Assembly (NCBI GenBank): GCA_977017645.1
Contig: OZ360233.1
Coordinates: forward strand, 18,476,001-18,540,000
DNA length: 64,000 nucleotides
Direction of reading: 5' to 3'
From: Torpedo marmorata
Taxonomy: Eukaryota
Below, piece by piece: positions 36,881-51,522 of the stretch (positions within the stretch are counted from its first letter, which is position 1; each line of letters opens with the position of its first letter). Position numbers and translations under genes: made by a program. The notes beneath the pieces are model-generated. The model saw nothing but the letters and a program-made list of their open reading frames with translations, did not search any database and was not told the DNA's origin.

Positions 36881-39870
36881 GACCATGTATGTTGCAAAGA
36901 GAGTTCGGGCTGGCATGAAAGCAAAAGTGACAGCAAGAGAAATGCGAGGGTCAGGTGCTTCCCATTAAAAGGGATATATTTGACAGTAAATATCACCGAA
37001 TCCTCAGGAAGTGATCCTGAATTTAACTGATACCTCCAGGCACAAAGTGAAGACATCAAAGAGGATTTATATTATCAGAGCACCAGAGGGCGCGATTTGA
37101 GCGCGACACACAGAGAAAGAATTCAGACAAGCTAGAAGACCTGTTGCGAAATGCAAGTTAATACGACGAAGAACATTACACAGGATTTCCAGAACACCTC
37201 AATGTCTCTCACCCCGTTGTCTCTAACAAGCTATGGCGCGTGAAAACATTGCTGGAAAACGTCTTTCACCGCTTTGCATTGAGAACGACCTTGAGATATA
37301 GCGAATTTATCTTTCGGGAAAGAACCAGATAAGTTATCACATCTCAGATTCAGCAAGAGGGGTTGTCATGTATAAAAGTAAGTGAGGAGAAAGGGCATTT
37401 TTTTAGGATAGAGTAAATAACCAGAGGGATGTCGCAGGGTGAAAGCTGTGTTTCGTCGACCTCTTCCTCACATTGATGATCCCAATAAATGGACCACGTG
37501 GACTAACATGGAAATGGAGCATGATACATGTCAGATAACGTAACAACTTGTGAGAAGAGAGAGATAGAAAGGACCAAGGGAGAGAGTGAGAGGTGCAGAT
37601 ACAGGGAATTCCGAGGACAGAGCGTGAGAAAGATGTCGAACAAAGGCTAGTAAAGAGAGAGTGAGGGAGAGAGAGAGAGAGAGAAAGAGAGAGATAGAGA
37701 AAGAACGAGAGAAAAGGTGACAACGAGAATTTAGTAGAAAGAGGGAGAAATGAGTTATGGGTACAAACGACTGGGATAACGTGGCCAGGATAGAGAGAAA
37801 GAGATCGTGAGCGGTGTAAAGTCGGAATGATTGCCATATGGTCTCAAGTACGCAGGAAGCAGAGAGAAAGTAAGGGCAGAGCTGACAGAGAGAGGGAGGG
37901 AGAGAAGCAGAGGGAAATATAGAAAGAGTAATAGAGGAAGAGGAAAGACAGATAGAGTAGAGAGAAATGGAGAGGGAGGCAGCAATAAAGCTCACCCTGA
38001 AAGTTTTGTCGATGGTCAGCAGGGGGCGTTATCACCCAGGAGATCTCGCTCGGGCTCGCATGAAAGCAAAAGTGACAGCAAGGAAAATGCGGGGGCAGGT
38101 GCTCCCCATTACAATGGTGATATTTGGCAGCAAATATCGCCGAATATTCAAGAATTGATTCTGAATTTGACTCACACCTCGAGGCACAATGTGGAGACAT
38201 CATATAGGATTTAAATAATCAGAGCGCCGGAGGGCGTGATTCGCGCCCGCCACGCAGAAAAAGAATTCAGCCAAGCTTGAGGAATTGTCGCTAAATGCAA
38301 GTTAATACGATGAAGAAAATTACACAGGATTTCCAGAACACCTTAATATCTCTCACCCCATTTTCTCTAACAAGCCATGGCGCGTGAAAACATTGCTGGA
38401 AAACATCTTTCACCGCTTTGTTAGAGCTCTCTGAAGTTTTTCCATTGAGAATGACCTGGCGATATAGCGAATTTATCTTTCGAGAAAGCACCAGATAAGG
38501 TGTTGCACCTCGGATTCAGCAAAAGTGTCTTTCCATGTATAGGGGATACGACCACTTACGGAAATCTAATTGAGGAAAAAGGGCATTTTTGTGGATGGCG
38601 AATATATAACGAGATGGGATGAAGCAGGGTTCAAGGTGTGTTTCATAGACCTCTTCCTGACATTGATGATTCCAATAAATGGACCACGTGGAATGACATT
38701 GAAATGGCGCATGATACATGAGAGATGACTGCGCAAGTCGTGAGAAGAGAGAGCTGGAAAGGGCTAAGGGAGAGAGGGGTGCCGAGTACAGTGCGTGCGA
38801 AAGTTGTCGAAAACAGGCTAGTAGCGAGAGAGAGAGAGGGAGAGAGCGAGCAAGAGAGAGAGAGAGAGATAGTGAAGGACATAGAGATAGAGATAGAGAA
38901 AGAAGGAGGAGAGAAAAGGAGATAACGAAAATTTGGTGGAAAGAGACATAAAGGAGTTATGGGTACAAATGACTGGGATAACGTGACCAGGATAGAGAGA
39001 AAGAGATCGTGACCAGTGTTAAGGTCAGAATGAGTGCGATATGGTCTCAAGTACGCAGGAAGCAGGGAGAAAGTAAGGGCGGATCTGTGAGCGAGGGCGT
39101 GAGAGAAGCAGGGGGAAATACAGAAAGAGTAATGGAGGAAGGAAAGGTCAGATAGAGCAGAGACAAATGGAGGAGGAGGCAGCAAAAAAGCTCACCCAGA
39201 AAGTTTTGTGGATGGTCAGCAGGGGGCGTTCTCGCTCCGGAGATCTTCTGTCGGTACTTGCACTGTACGACGATGCAACAGATCGAGTAATCGATAGTTC
39301 TCAATCCATGACAAGGTCGCACTAAATGTGACTCTATGACCGGAGAGTCATTCACTCGAGGTCGTTTTCATCCCGCAGAACGTGCGACGGNNNNNNNNNN
39401 NNNNNNNNNNNNNNNNNNNNNNNNNNNNNNNNNNNNNNNNNNNNNNNNNNNNNNNNNNNNNNNNNNNNNNNNNNNNNNNNNNNNNNNNNNNNNNNNNNNN
39501 NNNNNNNNNNNNNNNNNNNNNNNTGTTTGTGTGCTTGTGTTTGTGTGTGTGCGAGAGAGAGTTAACGAGTAGAGAGTGAGAGAGAGGGAAAGGAAGAGAG
39601 AAAGGAAATTGGGTATGTAAATTACAGAGAGAAAGAGAAGTGGAGTCAGAGAGAATTAATAAACTGAATGTAAAGCAGGCAATGAGGTGAATTGAAACAG
39701 CGCAGATACTATTGGTGCCTTTATCAACTCAGCTCTGTTTACCAGTCAGTCCTGCAGGTGGGCCACGCCCCCAGTCTGACTGCTGATATTACTTTCCTCT
39801 CCAATGTCGGTGAAGTGGCGGTAAGGTCGTCAAAGTAAACTGCATTTTGATCGCGCCTGACGCCTGTACG

Positions 39871-40302
39871 ATGTGGTCCGTGTGTTGCTTCCTGATGATA
39901 TTGATCACGCTGTCCGGTGAGTTTCTGTCTAATTGTTCACCGAGTGTCCCACAAGTTGAACACGCTCCTGAATTGTCCAATCATTGTGTCATTTGTTGCA
40001 GGAACGAGTGGGAAAGATTCAGTGACGCAGGACCCTCCTGAAATAACGGCTAAGGAAGGGCAGACCATAATAATGAACTGTACTTACACGATAGCAAATG
40101 CTAATATTTTTTGGTACATTCAACACCGCGGGGAATCTCCAAAATACGTATTGAAGATATATAGAGCAGGAAAGATGGAACGGGCTCAAGATTGTCCGGA
40201 GAGATTTACTGCTGGTTTGGAAAAAGGCAACAAGATGGCTCATCTAAATATTTCCGGGACGCTCGTGTCGGACTCCGCCGTGTATCTCTGTGCCGTGAAG
40301 CC
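39871..40302 (+). CDS. TRAV: TCR alpha/delta V segment A5, intact; join(39871..39916,40002..40302)
   Basis: IANAN, IYRAGK, YLCAVK; RSS 40303-40341. Confidence 0.93.
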
Positions 40303-41307
40303 CACACTGTTGCAAGGAGATGGCGGATCCAAACAAATACTCACGCTGTGTGATGCAAAGCGCACTCACAAGATGGCACTGTGAGCAGGGAAACAGGTGG
40401 GGATGCACAGTAATGCCGCGAGCGTCATGTGGTGCCCTTCAGAGGACGACCCGAAGCACAAAAACTTCGCCCGAATCTTACCAATTCTTCTTTGATATAA
40501 TTCGGACGCATAAGCACAACTAGGCAATTAAAATATCATTACCGGGGCATTTCAATGTCCATTATTACCGTTTATCGACAAAATAAAATGGTTGATAACT
40601 TTTGCAGAAATGGTCTTCAAACCACATTGTTCGAGTAACCAGAATTGCTTACGGTGAATATCAAGGGAAACATGGAGATGGAGTGACATTTTCATTTTTG
40701 ATATATCGTATGAGGAGGCACGGCAAATGTTTCTGCATAGGTTATAAATTAAGTTAGAGTCTTCTACATGGATGAGGAAATTGACGCGTTAAAGGAAAAC
40801 AAATAGTGGAGACAAAAGGGCGATTTCAGTTGGACAATTAATTAGAGGTAGAGAGCAACGTGATTCAAAGTGTTGTGTCATCGAGTGAGTATCCACATTG
40901 CTTCTGTCGATGAAATGGCCACGTGTAATGTCACCGAATTGGGGCTGATGCAGGACAGGTGGGTTAGCAGGGAGTGAGTGGGGAGAGAAATGGAGTGGGG
41001 GAGTGTGTAGAGAGAAAGTATCAGAGAGAGTGATAAAGGAGAAAGAGGGGAAAATGGGATAGAGATCAGAGGATGGGAGAGAGATAAGGAATACGAAGGG
41101 ATAGGAAAACAGAGAAAAAAATAAATTCTGGTTGACGACCCACGCGGCTCAGCCCTGATTGACCCAAAAATCCCGCAACAGGCAGACACTCACGTTATTT
41201 CACAAAGTGAAGACTGCCTGCTGATCTTAGTTTGCTGCACCATATATGTGGAGGTATTAAACTCTTGAACGTAACCAGTCTTTTGCTGGCGACTGACGCC
41301 AGACACC

Positions 41308-41767
41308 ATGCGTGTCCCACGTCCCTATATTGGTCGTCCTGTCTGGAATATCACTTCGACACAGGCCGGAGTGTGTCTGGAGGGTTATGTGGAAGCCCAG
41401 GATGTTCAGCAACTCTGTCCTTCATTGCAGGAACGTGCGGGAGCGATTCAGTGACCCAGGACCGATGAAGGACGGATCATAATACTGAACTGTAGTTTCT
41501 CGATATCTGGTGAACATACGTTTGGTACATTCAGCATCGTGGGTGGTGTGGAGGGTGGGTGGGGTGGGGGGGGGGGTTCCAAACTATTTGTTGAAGAAAT
41601 TCTGCGCAGGAAAGATGTGACGGCCACAAGAATGTGCGGAGACGTTTACAGCTGTTATGCAGAAAGACAGCAAGATGGCTCATCGAAATATTTCCGGGGT
41701 GCTGGTGTGTCGTGTATCTTGGTGCCATGAAGCCCAAACTGTTGCAGGGCGATGGCGAACAATAATT
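41308..41767 (+). pseudogene. TCR V pseudogene B4
   Basis: Same lesions as B1; RSS remnant 41735-41767. Confidence 0.9.
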
Positions 41768-44751
41768 GACCATGTATGTTGCAAAGAAAGTTCGGGCTGG
41801 CATGAAAGCAAAAGTGACAGCAAGAAAACTGCGAGGGTCAGGTGCTCCCCGTTAAAAGGGATATATTTGACAGTAAATATCGCCGAATCCTCAGGAAGTG
41901 ATCCTGAATTTAACTGATACCTCCAGGCACAAAGTGAAGACATCAAAGAGGATTTATATAATCAGAGCACCAGAGGGCGCGATTTGAGCGCGACACACAG
42001 AGAACGAATTCAGCCAAACTAGAAGACCTGTTGCGAAATACAAGTTAATACGACGAAGAACATTACACAGGATTTCCAGAACACCTCAATGTCTCTCACC
42101 CCGTTGTCTCTAACAAGCTATGGCGCGTGAAAACATTGCTGGAAAACGTCTTTCACCGCTTTGCATTGAGAACGACCTTGCGATATAGCGAATTTATCTT
42201 TCGAGAAAGAACCAGATAAGTTATCACATCTCAGATTCAGCAAGAGGGGTTGTCATGTATAGGAGGGAAAAGTAAGTGGGGAGAAAGGGCATTTTGTTGG
42301 GATAGAGTAAATAACCAGAGGGATGTCGCAGGGTGAAAGCTGTGTTTCATCGACCTCTTCCTCACATTGATGATCCCAATAAATGGACCACGTGGACTAA
42401 CATGGAAATGGCGCATGATACATGTCAGATAACGTCACAAGTTGTGAGAAGAGAGAGATAGAAAGGACCAAGGGACAGAGTGAGAGGTGCAGATACAGGG
42501 AATTCCGAGGACAGAGCGTGAGAAAGATGTCGAACAAAGGCTAGTAAAGAGAGAGTGAGGGAGAGAGAGAGAGAAAGAGAGAGATAGAGAAAGAACGAGA
42601 GAAAAGGTGACAACGAGAATTTAGTAGAAAGAGGGAGAAATGAGTTATGGGTACAAACGACTGGGATAACGTGGCCAGGATAGAGAGAAAGAGATCGTGA
42701 GCGGTGTAAAGTCGGAATCATTGCCATATGGTCTCAAGTACGCAGGAAGCAGAGAGAAAGTAAGGGCAGAGCTGACAGAGAGAGGGAGGGAGAGAAGCAG
42801 AGGGAAATATAGAAAGAGTATTAGAGGAAGAGGAAAGACAGATAGAGTAGAGAGAAATGGAGAGGGAGGCAGCAATAAAGCTCACCCTGAAAGTTTTGTC
42901 GATGGTCAGCAGGGGGCGTTATCACCCAGGAGATCTCGCTCGGGCTCGCATGAAAGCAAAAGTGACAGCAAGGAAAATGCGGGGGCAGGTGCTCCCCATT
43001 ACAATGGTGATATTTGGCAGCAAATATCGCCGAATATTCAAGAATTGATTCTGAATTTGACTCACACCTCGAGGCACAATGTGGAGACATCATATAGGAT
43101 TTAAATCATCAGAGCGCCGGAGGGCGTGATTCGCGCCCGCCACGCAGAAAAAGAATTCAGCCAAGCTTGAGGAATTGTCGCTAAATGCAAGTTAATACGA
43201 TGAAGAAAATTACACAGGATTTCCAGAACACCTTAATATCTCTCACCCCATTTTCTCTAACAAGCCATGGCGCGTGAAAACATTGCTGGAAAACATCTTT
43301 CACCGCTTTGTTAGAGCTCTCTGAAATTTTTCCATTGAGAATGACCTGGCGATATAGCGAATTTATCTTTCGAGAAAGCACCAGATAAGGTGTTGCACCT
43401 CGGATTCAGCAAAAGTGTCTTTCCATGTATAGGGGATACGACCACTTACGGAAATCTAATTGAGGAAAAAGGGCATTTTTGTGGATGGCGAATATATAAC
43501 GAGAGGGGATGAAGCAGGGTTCAAGGTGTGTTTCATAGACCTCTTCCTGACATTGATGATTCCAATAAATGGACCACGTGGAATGACATTGAAATGGCGC
43601 ATGATACATGAGAGATGACTGCGCAAGTCGTGAGAAGAGAGAGCTGGAAAGGGCTAAGGGAGAGAGGAGTGCCGAGTACAGTGCGTGAGAAAGTTGTCGA
43701 AAACAGGCTAGTAGAGAGAGAGAGAGAGGGATAGAGCGAGCAAGAGAGAGAGAGAGAGAGATAGTGAAGGACATAGAGATGGAGATAGAGAAAGGAGGAG
43801 GAGAGAAAAGGAGATAACGAAAATTTGGTGAAAAGAGACATAAAGGAGTTATGGGTACAAATGACTGGGATAACGTGGCCAGGATAGAGAGAAAGAGATC
43901 GTGACCAGTGTTAAGGTCAGAATGAGTGCGATATGGTCTCAAGTACGCAGGAAGCAGGGAGAAAGTAAGGGCGGATCTGTGAGCAAGGGCGTGAGAGAAG
44001 CAGGGGGAAATACAGAAAGAGTAATGGAGGAAGGAAAGGTCAGATAGAGCAGAGACAAATGGAGGAGGAGGCAGCAAAAAAGCTCACCCAGAAAGTTTTG
44101 TGGATGGTCAGCAGGGGGCGTTCTCGCTCCGGAGATCTTCTGTCGGTACTTGCACTGTACGACGATGCAACAGATCGAGTAATCGATGGTTCTCAATCCA
44201 TGACAAGGTCGCACTAAATGTGACTCTATGACCGGAGAGTCATTCACTCGAGGTCGTTTTCATCCCGCAGAACGTGCGACGGNNNNNNNNNNNNNNNNNN
44301 NNNNNNNNNNNNNNNNNNNNNNNNNNNNNNNNNNNNNNNNNNNNNNNNNNNNNNNNNNNNNNNNNNNNNNNNNNNNNNNNNNNNNNNNNNNNNNNNNNNN
44401 NNNNNNNNNNNNNNNNNNNNNNNNNNNNNNNNNNNNNNNNNNNNNNNNNAGTAGAGAGTGAGAGAGAGGGAAAGGAAGAGAGAAAGGAAATTGGGTATGT
44501 AAATTACAGAGAGAAAGAGAAGTGGAGTCAGAGAGAATTAATAAACTGAATGTAAAGCAGGCAATGAGGTGAATTGAAACAGCGCAGATACCATTGGTGC
44601 CTTTATCAACTCAGCTCTGTTTACCAGTCAGTCCTTCTGGTGGGCCACGCCCCCAGTCTGACTGCTGATATTACTTTCCTCTCCAATGTCGGTGAAGTGG
44701 CGGTAAGGTCGTCAAAGTAAACTGCATTTTGATCGCGCTGACGCCTGTACG

Positions 44752-45183
44752 ATGTGGTCCGTGTGTTGCTTCCTGATGATATTGATCACGCTGCCCGGTG
44801 AGTTTATGTCTAATTGTTCACCGAGTGTCCCACAAGTTGAACACGCTCCTGAATTGTCCAATCATTGTGTCATTTGTTGCAGGAACGAATGGGAAAGATT
44901 CAGTGACCCAGGAGCCACCTGAAATAACGGCTAAGGAAGGGCAGACAATAATAATGAACTGTACTTCCACGATAGCAAATGCTAATATTTTTTGGTACAT
45001 TCAACACCGCGGGGAATCTCCAAAATACGTATTGAAGATATATAGCACAGGAAAGATTGAACGGCCTCAAGATTGTCCGGAGAGATTTACTGTTGGTTTG
45101 GAAAAAGTCAGCAAGATGGCTCATCTAAAGATTTCCAGGACGCTCGTGTCGGACTCCGCCGTGTATCTCTGTGCCGTGGAGCC
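44752..45183 (+). CDS. TRAV: TCR alpha/delta V segment A6, ORF intact; join(44752..44797,44883..45183)
   Basis: IANAN, IYSTGK, YLCAVE; RSS 45184-45222 with variant nonamer ATAAATACT. Confidence 0.9.
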
Positions 45184-46188
45184 CACACTGTTGCAAGGAG
45201 ATGGCGGATCCAAATAAATACTCACGCTGTGTTCTGCAAAGCGCACTCACAAGATGGCACTGTGAACAGGGAAACAGTGGAGGATGCACAGTAATGCCGC
45301 GAGCGTCACGTGGTGCCCTTCAGAGAACGACACGAAGCACACAAACTTCGCCCGAATCTTACCAATTCTTCTTTGATATAATTCGGACGCATAAGCACAA
45401 CTAGGCAATTAAAATATCATTAACGGGGCATTTCAATGTCCATTATTACCGTTTATCGACAAAATAAAATGGTTGATAACTTTTCCAGAAATAGTCTTCA
45501 AACCACATTGTTCGAGTAACCGGAATTGCTGACGGTGAATATCAAGGGAAACATGGAGATGGAGTGACATTTTCATTTTTGATATATCGTATGAGGAGGC
45601 ACGGCAAATATTCCTGCATAGGTTATAAATTAAGTTAGAGTCTTCTACATGGATGAGGAAATTGACGCGTAAAAGGAAAACAAATAGTGGAGACAAAAGG
45701 GCGATTTCAGTTGGACAATTAATTAGTGGTAGAGAGCTACGTGATTCAAAGTTTTGTGTCATCGAGTGAGTATCCACATTGCTTATGTCGATGAAATGGC
45801 CATGTGTAACGTCACCGAATTGGGGCTGATGCAGGTTAGGTGGGTTAGCAGGGAGTGAGTGGGGAGAGTAATGGAGTGGGGGAGTGTGTAGAGAAAAAGT
45901 ATCAGAGAGAGTGATAAAGGAGAAAGAGGGGAATATGGGATAGAGATCAGAGGATGGGAGAGAGATAAGGAATACGAAGGGATAGGAAAACAGAGAAAAA
46001 AATAAATTCTGGTTGACGACCCACGCGGCTCAGCTCTGATTGACCCAAAAATCCCGCAACAGGCAGACACTCACGTTATTTCACAAAGTGAAGCCTGCCT
46101 GCTGATCCTATTTTGCTGCACCATATATGTGGAGGTATTAAACTCTTGAACGTAACCAGTCTTTTGCTGGCGACTGACGCCAGACACC

Positions 46189-46635
46189 ATGCGTGTCCCA
46201 CGTCCCTATATTGGTCGTCCTGTCTGGAATATCACTGCGACACTGGCCGGAGTGTGCCTGGAGAGTTATGTGGAAGCCCAGGATGTTCAGCAACTCTGTC
46301 TTCATTGAAGGAACGTGCGGGAGCGATTCAGTGACCCAGGACCGATGAAGGACGGATCAAAATACTGAACTGTAGTTACTCGATATCTGGTGAACATACG
46401 TTTGGTAAATTCAGCATCGTGGGTGGTGTGGGGGGGGGTGGGGGTTCCAAACTATTTGTTGAAGAAATTCTGCGCAGGAAAGATGTGACGGCCACAAGAA
46501 TGTGCCGAGACGTTTACAGCTGGTATGCAGAAAGACAGCAAGATGGCTCATCGAAATATTTCCGGGGTGCTGGTGTGTCGTGTATGTTGGTGCCATGAAG
46601 CCCAAACTGTTGCAGGGCGATGGCGAACAATAATT
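46189..46635 (+). pseudogene. TCR V pseudogene B5
   Basis: Same lesions as B1; RSS remnant 46603-46635. Confidence 0.9.
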
Positions 46636-49627
46636 GACCATGTATGTTGCAAAGAAAGTTCGGGCTGGCATGAAAGCAAAAGTGACAGCAAGAAAACTGC
46701 GAGTGTCAGGTGATCCCCGTTAAAAGGGATATATTTGACAGTAAATATCGCCGAATCCTCAGGAAGTGATCCTGAATTTAACTGATACCTCCAGGCACAA
46801 AGTGAAGACATCAAAGAGGATTTATATAATCAGAGCACCAGAGGGCGCGATTTGAGCGAGACACACAGAGAAAGAATTCAGCCAAACTAGAAGACCTGTT
46901 GCGAAATGCAAGTTAATACGACGAAGAACATTACACAGGATTTCCAGAACACCTCAATGTCTCTCACCCCGTTGTCTCTAACAAGCTATGGCGCGTGAAA
47001 ACATTGCTGGAAAACGTCTTTCACCGCTTTGCATTGAGAACGACCTTGCGATATAGCGAATTTATCTTTCGAGAAAGAACCAGATAAGTTATCACATCTC
47101 AGATTCAGCAAGAGGGGTTGTCATGTAGAGGAGGGAAAAGTAAGTGGGGAGAAAGGGCATTTTTTTGGGATAGAGTAAATAACCAGAGGGATGTCGCAGG
47201 GTGAAAGCTGTGTTTCATCGACCTCTTCCTCACATTAATGATCCCAATAAATGGACCAAGTGGACTAACATGGAAATGGCGCATGATACATGTCAGATAA
47301 CGTCACAAGTTGTGAGAAGAGAGAGATAGAAAGGACCAAGGGAGAGAGTGAGAGGTGCAGATACAGGGAATTCCGAGGACAGAGCGTGAGAAAGATGTCG
47401 AACAAAGGCTAGTAAAGAGAGAGTGAGGGAGAGAGAGAGAGAAAGAGAGAGATAGAGAAAGAACGAGAGAAAAGGTGACAACGAGAATTTAGTAGAAAGA
47501 GGGAGAAATGAGTTATGGGTACAAATGACTGGGATAACGTGGCCAGGATAGAGAGAAAGAGATCGTGAACAGTGTAAAGTCGGAATGATTGCCATATGGT
47601 CTCAAGTACGCAGGAAGCAGAGAGAAAGTAAGGGCAGAGCTGACAGAGAGAGGGAGGGAGAGAAGCAGAGGGAAATATAGAAAGAGTAATAGAGGAAGAG
47701 GAAAGACAGATAGAGTAGAGAGAAATGGAGAGGGAGGCAGCAATAAAGCTCACCCTGAAAGTTTTGTCGATGGTCGGCAGGGGGCGTTATCACCCAGGAG
47801 ATCTCGCTCGGGCTCGCATGAAAGCAAAAGTGACAGCAAGGAAAATGCGGGGGCAGGTGCTCCCCATTACAATGGTGATATTTGACAGCAAATATCGCCG
47901 AATATTCAAGAATTGATTCTGAATTTGACTCACACCTCGAGGCACAATGTGGAGACATCATATAGGATTTAAATAATCAGAGCGCCGGAGGGCGTGATTC
48001 GCGCCCGCCACGCAGAAACAGATTTCAGCCAAGCTTGAGGAATTGTCGCTAAATGCAAGTTAATACGATGAAGAAAATTACACAGGATTTCCAGAACACC
48101 TTAATATCTCTCACCCCATTTGCTCTAACAAGCCATGGCGCGTGAAAACATTGCTGGAAAACATCTTTCACCGCTTTGTTGGAGCTCTCTGAAGTTTTTC
48201 CATTGAGAATGACCTGGCGATTTTGCGAATTTATCTTTCGAGAAAGCACCAGATAAGGTGTTGCACCTCGGATTCAGCAAAAGTGTCTTTCCATGTACAG
48301 GGGATACGACCACTTACGGAAATCTAATTTAGGAAAAAGGGCATTTTTGTGGATGGCGAATATATAACGAGAGGGGATGAAGCAGGGTTCAAGGTGTGTT
48401 TCATAGACCTCTTCCTGACATTGATGATTCCAATAAATGGACCACGTGGAATGACATTGAAATGGCGCATGATACATGAGAGATGACTGCGCAAGTCGTG
48501 AGAAGAGAGAGCTGGAAAGGGCTAAGGGAGAGAGGGGTGCCGAGTACAGTGCGTGAGAAAGTTGTCGAAAACAGGCTAGTAGAGAGAGAGAGAGAGAGAG
48601 GGAGAGAGCGAGCAAGAGAGAGAGAGAGATAGTGAAGGACATAGAGAAAGAGATAGAGAAAGAAGGAGGAGAGAAAAGGAGATAACGAAAATTTGGTGGA
48701 AAGAGACATAAAGGAGTTATGGGTACAAATGACTGGGATAATGTGGCCAGGATAGAGAGAAAGAGATCGTGACCAGTGTTAAGGCCAGAATGAGTGCGAT
48801 ATGGTCTCAAGTACGCAGGAAGCAGGGAGAAAGTAAGGGCGGATCTGTGAGCGAGGGCGTGAGAGAAGCAGGGGGAAATACAGAAAGAGTAATGGAGGAA
48901 GGAAAGGTCAGATAGAGCAGAGAAAAATGGAGGAGGAGGCAGCAAAAAAGCTCACCCAGAAAGTTTTGTGGATGGTCAGCAGGGGGCGTTCTCGCTCCGG
49001 AGATCTTCTGTCGGTACTTGCACTGTACGACGATGCAACAGATCGAGTAATCGATAGTTCTCAATCCATGACAAGGTCGCACTAAATGTGACTCTATGAC
49101 CGGAGAGTCATTCACTCGAGGTCGTTTTCATCCCGCAGAACGTGCGACGGNNNNNNNNNNNNNNNNNNNNNNNNNNNNNNNNNNNNNNNNNNNNNNNNNN
49201 NNNNNNNNNNNNNNNNNNNNNNNNNNNNNNNNNNNNNNNNNNNNNNNNNNNNNNNNNNNNNNNNNNNNNNNNNNNNNNNNNNNNNNNNNNNNNNNNNNNN
49301 NNNNNNNNNNNNNNNNNNNNNNNNNAGTAGAGAGTGAGAGAGAGGGAAAGGAAGAGAGAAAGGAAATTGGGTAGGTAAATTACAGAGAGAAAGAGAAGTG
49401 GAGTCAGAGAGAATTAATAAACTGAATGTAAAGCAGGCAATGAGGTGAATTGAAACAGCGCAGATACTATTGGTGCCTTTATCAACTCAGCTCTGTTTAC
49501 CAGTCAGTCCTGCAGGTGGGCCACGCCCCCAGTCTGACTGCTGATATGAATTTCCTCTCCAATGTCGGTGAAGTGGCGGTAAGGTCGTCAAAGTAAGTGC
49601 ATTTTGATCGCGCCTGACGCCTGTACG

Positions 49628-50059
49628 ATGTGGTCCGTGTGTTGCTTCCTGATGATATTGATCACGCTGTCCGGTGAGTTTCTGTCTAATTGTTCACCGA
49701 GTGTCCCACAAGTTGAACACGCTCCTGAATTGTCCAATCATTGTGTCATTTGTTGCAGGAACGAGTGGGAAAGATTCAGTGACGCAGGACCCTCCTGAAA
49801 TAACGGCTGAGGAAGGGCAGACCATAATAATGAACTGTACTTACACGATAGCAAATGCTTATATTATCTGGTACATTCAACACCGCGGGGAATCTGCAAA
49901 ATACGTATTGAAGATATATAGCGCAGGAAAGATGGAACGGGCTCAAGATTGTCCGGAGAGATTTACTGCTGGTTTGGAAAAAGGCAACAAGATGGCTCAT
50001 CTAAATATTTCCGGGACGCTCGTGTCGGATTCCGCCGTGTATCTCTGTGCCGTGGCGCC
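49628..50059 (+). CDS. TRAV: TCR alpha/delta V segment A7, intact; join(49628..49673,49759..50059)
   Basis: IANAY, IYSAGK, YLCAVA; RSS 50060-50098. Confidence 0.93.
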
Positions 50060-51064
50060 CACACTGTTGCAAGGAGATGGCGGATCCGAACAAATACTCA
50101 CGCTGTGTGATGCAAAGCGCACTCACAAGATGGCACTGTGAGCAGGGAAACAGGTGGGGATGCACAGTAATGCCGCGAGCGTCACGTGGTGCCCTTCAGA
50201 GGACGACTCGAAGCACAAAAATTTCGCCCGAAATTTGCCAATTCTTCTTTGATATAATTCGGACGCATAAGCACAACTAGGCAATTAAAATATCATTAAC
50301 GGGGCATTTCATTGTCCATTATTACCGTTTATCGACAAAATAAAATGGTTGATAACTTTTGCAGAAATGGTCTTCAAACCACATTGTTCGAGTAATCAGA
50401 ATTGCTTACGGTGAATATCAAGGGAAACATGGAGATGGAGTGACATTTTCATTTTTGATATATCGTATGAGGAGGCACGGCAAATGTTCCTGCATAGGTT
50501 ATAAATTAAGTTAGAGTCTTCTACATGGATGAGGAAATTGACGCGTTAAAGGAAAACAAATAGTGGAGACAAAAGGGCGATTTCAGTTGGACAATTAATT
50601 AGAGGAAGAGAGCTACGTGATTCAAAGTATTGTGTCGTCGAGTGAGAATCCACATTGCTTCTGTCGATGAAATGGCCACGTGTAATGTCACCGAATTGGG
50701 GCTGATGCAGGACAGGTGGGTTAGCAGGGAGTGAGTGGGGAGAGAAATGGAGTGTGGGAGTGTGTAGAGAGAAAGTATCAGAGAGAGTGATAAAGGAGAA
50801 AGAGGGGAAAATGGGATAGAGATCAGAGGATGGGAGAGAGATAAGGAATACGAAGGGATATGAAAACAGAGAAAAAAATAAATTCTGGTTGACGACCCAC
50901 GCGGCTCAGCTCTGATTGACCCAAAAATCCCGCAACAGGCACACACTCACGTTATTTCACAAAGTGAAGACTGCCTGCTGATCCTATTTTGATGCACCAT
51001 ATATGTGGAGGTATTAAACTCTTGAATGTAACCAGTCTTTTGCTGGCGACTGACGCCAGACACC

Positions 51065-51522
51065 ATGCGTGTCCCACGTCCCTATATTGGTCGTCCTGTC
51101 TGGAATATCACTGCGACACAGGCCAGAGTGTGTCTGGAGGGTTATGTGGAAGCCCAGGATGTTCAGAAACTCTGTCCTTCATTGAAGGAACGTGCGGGAG
51201 CGATTCAGTGACCCAGGACCGTTGAAGGACGGATCAAAATACTGAACTGTAGTTACTCGATATCTGGTGAACATGCGTTTGGTACATTCAGCATCGTGGG
51301 TGGTGTGGGGGGTGGGTGGGGGGAGGGGGGGTTCCAAACTATTTGTTGAAGAAATTCTGCGCAGGAAAGATGTGACGGCCACAAGAATGTGCCGAGACGT
51401 TTACAGCTGTTATGCAGAAAGACAGCAAGATGGCTCATCGAAATATTTCCGGGGTGCTGGTGTGTCGTGTATCTTGGTGCCATGAAGCCCAAACTGTTGC
51501 AGGGCGATGGCGAACAATAATT
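51065..51522 (+). pseudogene. TCR V pseudogene B6
   Basis: Same lesions as B1; RSS remnant 51490-51522. Confidence 0.9.
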
